DNA of 64,000 nt from Sulfolobaceae archaeon (GTDB lineage Archaea > Thermoproteota > Thermoprotei_A > Sulfolobales > Sulfolobaceae): the NCBI GenBank assembly GCA_038893355.1, contig JAWARQ010000001.1, positions 1-64,000 on the forward strand, written 5' to 3'. A program made the position numbers and the translations under genes. This document shows, in pieces, positions 62,991-64,000 of the stretch (position 1 is its first letter; the number at the start of each line of letters is the position of its first letter). The notes below the pieces were generated by a model, which did not search any database, was not told the origin of the DNA, and saw nothing but the letters and a program-made list of their open reading frames with translations.

Positions 62991-64000
62991 TTGCCTAATT
63001 TGAGATATAATATAATAGCGGTAATATATAATAATATACCAAAGGAAGCAGTAATAACAAAAATTGAGTTTGAAGGACCGGAAATTGCAGTATATTTAAA
63101 GAATCCTTCTGTGCTTGCTGATAAAATTGATATTATAAGAAATATTGCAAAGGAAATCAAGAAAAGAATTGTAATTAAGGCTGATAAGACGGCAAGAAAA
63201 GACCAAAGAGAAGCAGTAGAAATTATAAAAAGCATAGTTCCTATGGAAGCGCAAATTACTAGGATAGAATTTGATGAAGATCTTGGAGAGGTTATAATAA
63301 AGGCAAAAAAACCTGGATTAGTTATAGGTAAAAGCGGTTCTATTCAACAAAAAATATTCTTTGAAACTTTCTGGAGACCTATAATAGTTAGAGAACCTCC
63401 GATAAAGTCAAGAATTCTTGATAGTTTACTTACCCATTATGCGAGTGAGACGGAATATAGGGCTAAAATTCTAAAAATTTTCGGAGAAAGAATCCATAGA
63501 GAGATTTTATATAAGGATAATTACGTGAGAATAACTGCATTAGGAGGGTTTCAAGAGGTAGGAAGATCATCTATACTTGTGGAGACTAAGGAAAGTAAGG
63601 TATTACTAGATGTTGGTGCAAATCCTAGCGCAATGTATACAGAAAGAATGTTTCCAAGACTTGATATAGAACAAGTGAAACTTGAAGAGATAGATGCTAT
63701 AGTAGTAACTCATGCTCATTTAGATCACTGTGGAATTGTACCATATTTATTTAAATATGGTTATGAAGGACCCGTCTATGTCACACCGCCTACTAGAGAT
63801 ATTATGGCACTTATACAACTAGATATGCTAGATATTGCTGAAAGAGAAGGGAGACCTTTACCATATACTGCTAAGGAAGTCAGAAAAGAATTATTACATA
63901 CAATAACTCTTGACTATGAAGAGGTAACAGATATTGCTCCAGACATTAGGCTTACTTTCTATAATGCTGGCCATATAATAGGATCTGCAATGGCACACCT
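62991..64000 (+). CDS. fttA: aCPSF1/FttA KH-domain beta-CASP ribonuclease, 3'-partial
   Basis: Not in the ORF track. [22 protein letters not shown] (KH), [18 protein letters not shown] and NAGHIIGSA motifs; TTG follows SD GGTGA. Confidence 0.94.
   Translation, partial: MPNLRYNIIAVIYNNIPKEAVITKIEFEGPEIAVYLKNPSVLADKIDIIRNIAKEIKKRIVIKADKTARKDQREAVEIIKSIVPMEAQITRIEFDEDLGEVIIKAKKPGLVIGKSGSIQQKIFFETFWRPIIVREPPIKSRILDSLLTHYASETEYRAKILKIFGERIHREILYKDNYVRITALGGFQEVGRSSILVETKESKVLLDVGANPSAMYTERMFPRLDIEQVKLEEIDAIVVTHAHLDHCGIVPYLFKYGYEGPVYVTPPTRDIMALIQLDMLDIAEREGRPLPYTAKEVRKELLHTITLDYEEVTDIAPDIRLTFYNAGHIIGSAMAH

Noticed and set aside
62972-63235. 87-aa hydrophobic minus-strand ORF, and similar antisense ORFs at 4060, 10712, 15155, 31490, 39407 and 50485
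   Set aside because: Shadows of well-supported genes on the opposite strand.

Overview
Archaeal chromosomal DNA from a Sulfolobales-type thermoacidophile. It has an AT-rich backbone, a GC-rich 16S-23S rRNA operon with no spacer tRNA and no linked 5S, and many leaderless genes. The first 5.5 kb is accessory: a partial IS607-family tnpA, an orphan tnpB-end remnant, a GT-C glycosyltransferase, an MFS transporter, MscS and VKOR. The rRNA operon (minus strand) and the dpsl oxidative-stress locus follow. The rest is core genome: nac, aCPSF2, ThrRS editing protein, mvk, glnA, folE, moaA, dsrE-tusA-cysteine synthase, the rps19e-ftsY-secE-spt5-rpl11/1/10/12-alaS cluster, methylcitrate genes, mdh, pgk-gap, glyA, the HMG-CoA operon, egsA and aCPSF1, plus five tRNAs. 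The most notable oddities are: (1) ftsY has no in-frame ATG/GTG/TTG start and carries a CTG-TTT-CGA candidate +1 frameshift site; (2) a ~270-bp non-autonomous IS-derived element with its own promoter and a structured RNA lies in an unusually long rpl10-rpl12 gap; (3) rpl10 and rpl12 share a perfect 142-bp tail that runs past the stop codon; (4) several enzymes have degenerate active sites (thiolase, acyl-CoA ligase, DsrE); (5) there is a candidate C/D box sRNA. No CRISPR array was seen. All product calls come from motif recognition and gene context; no database search was run.
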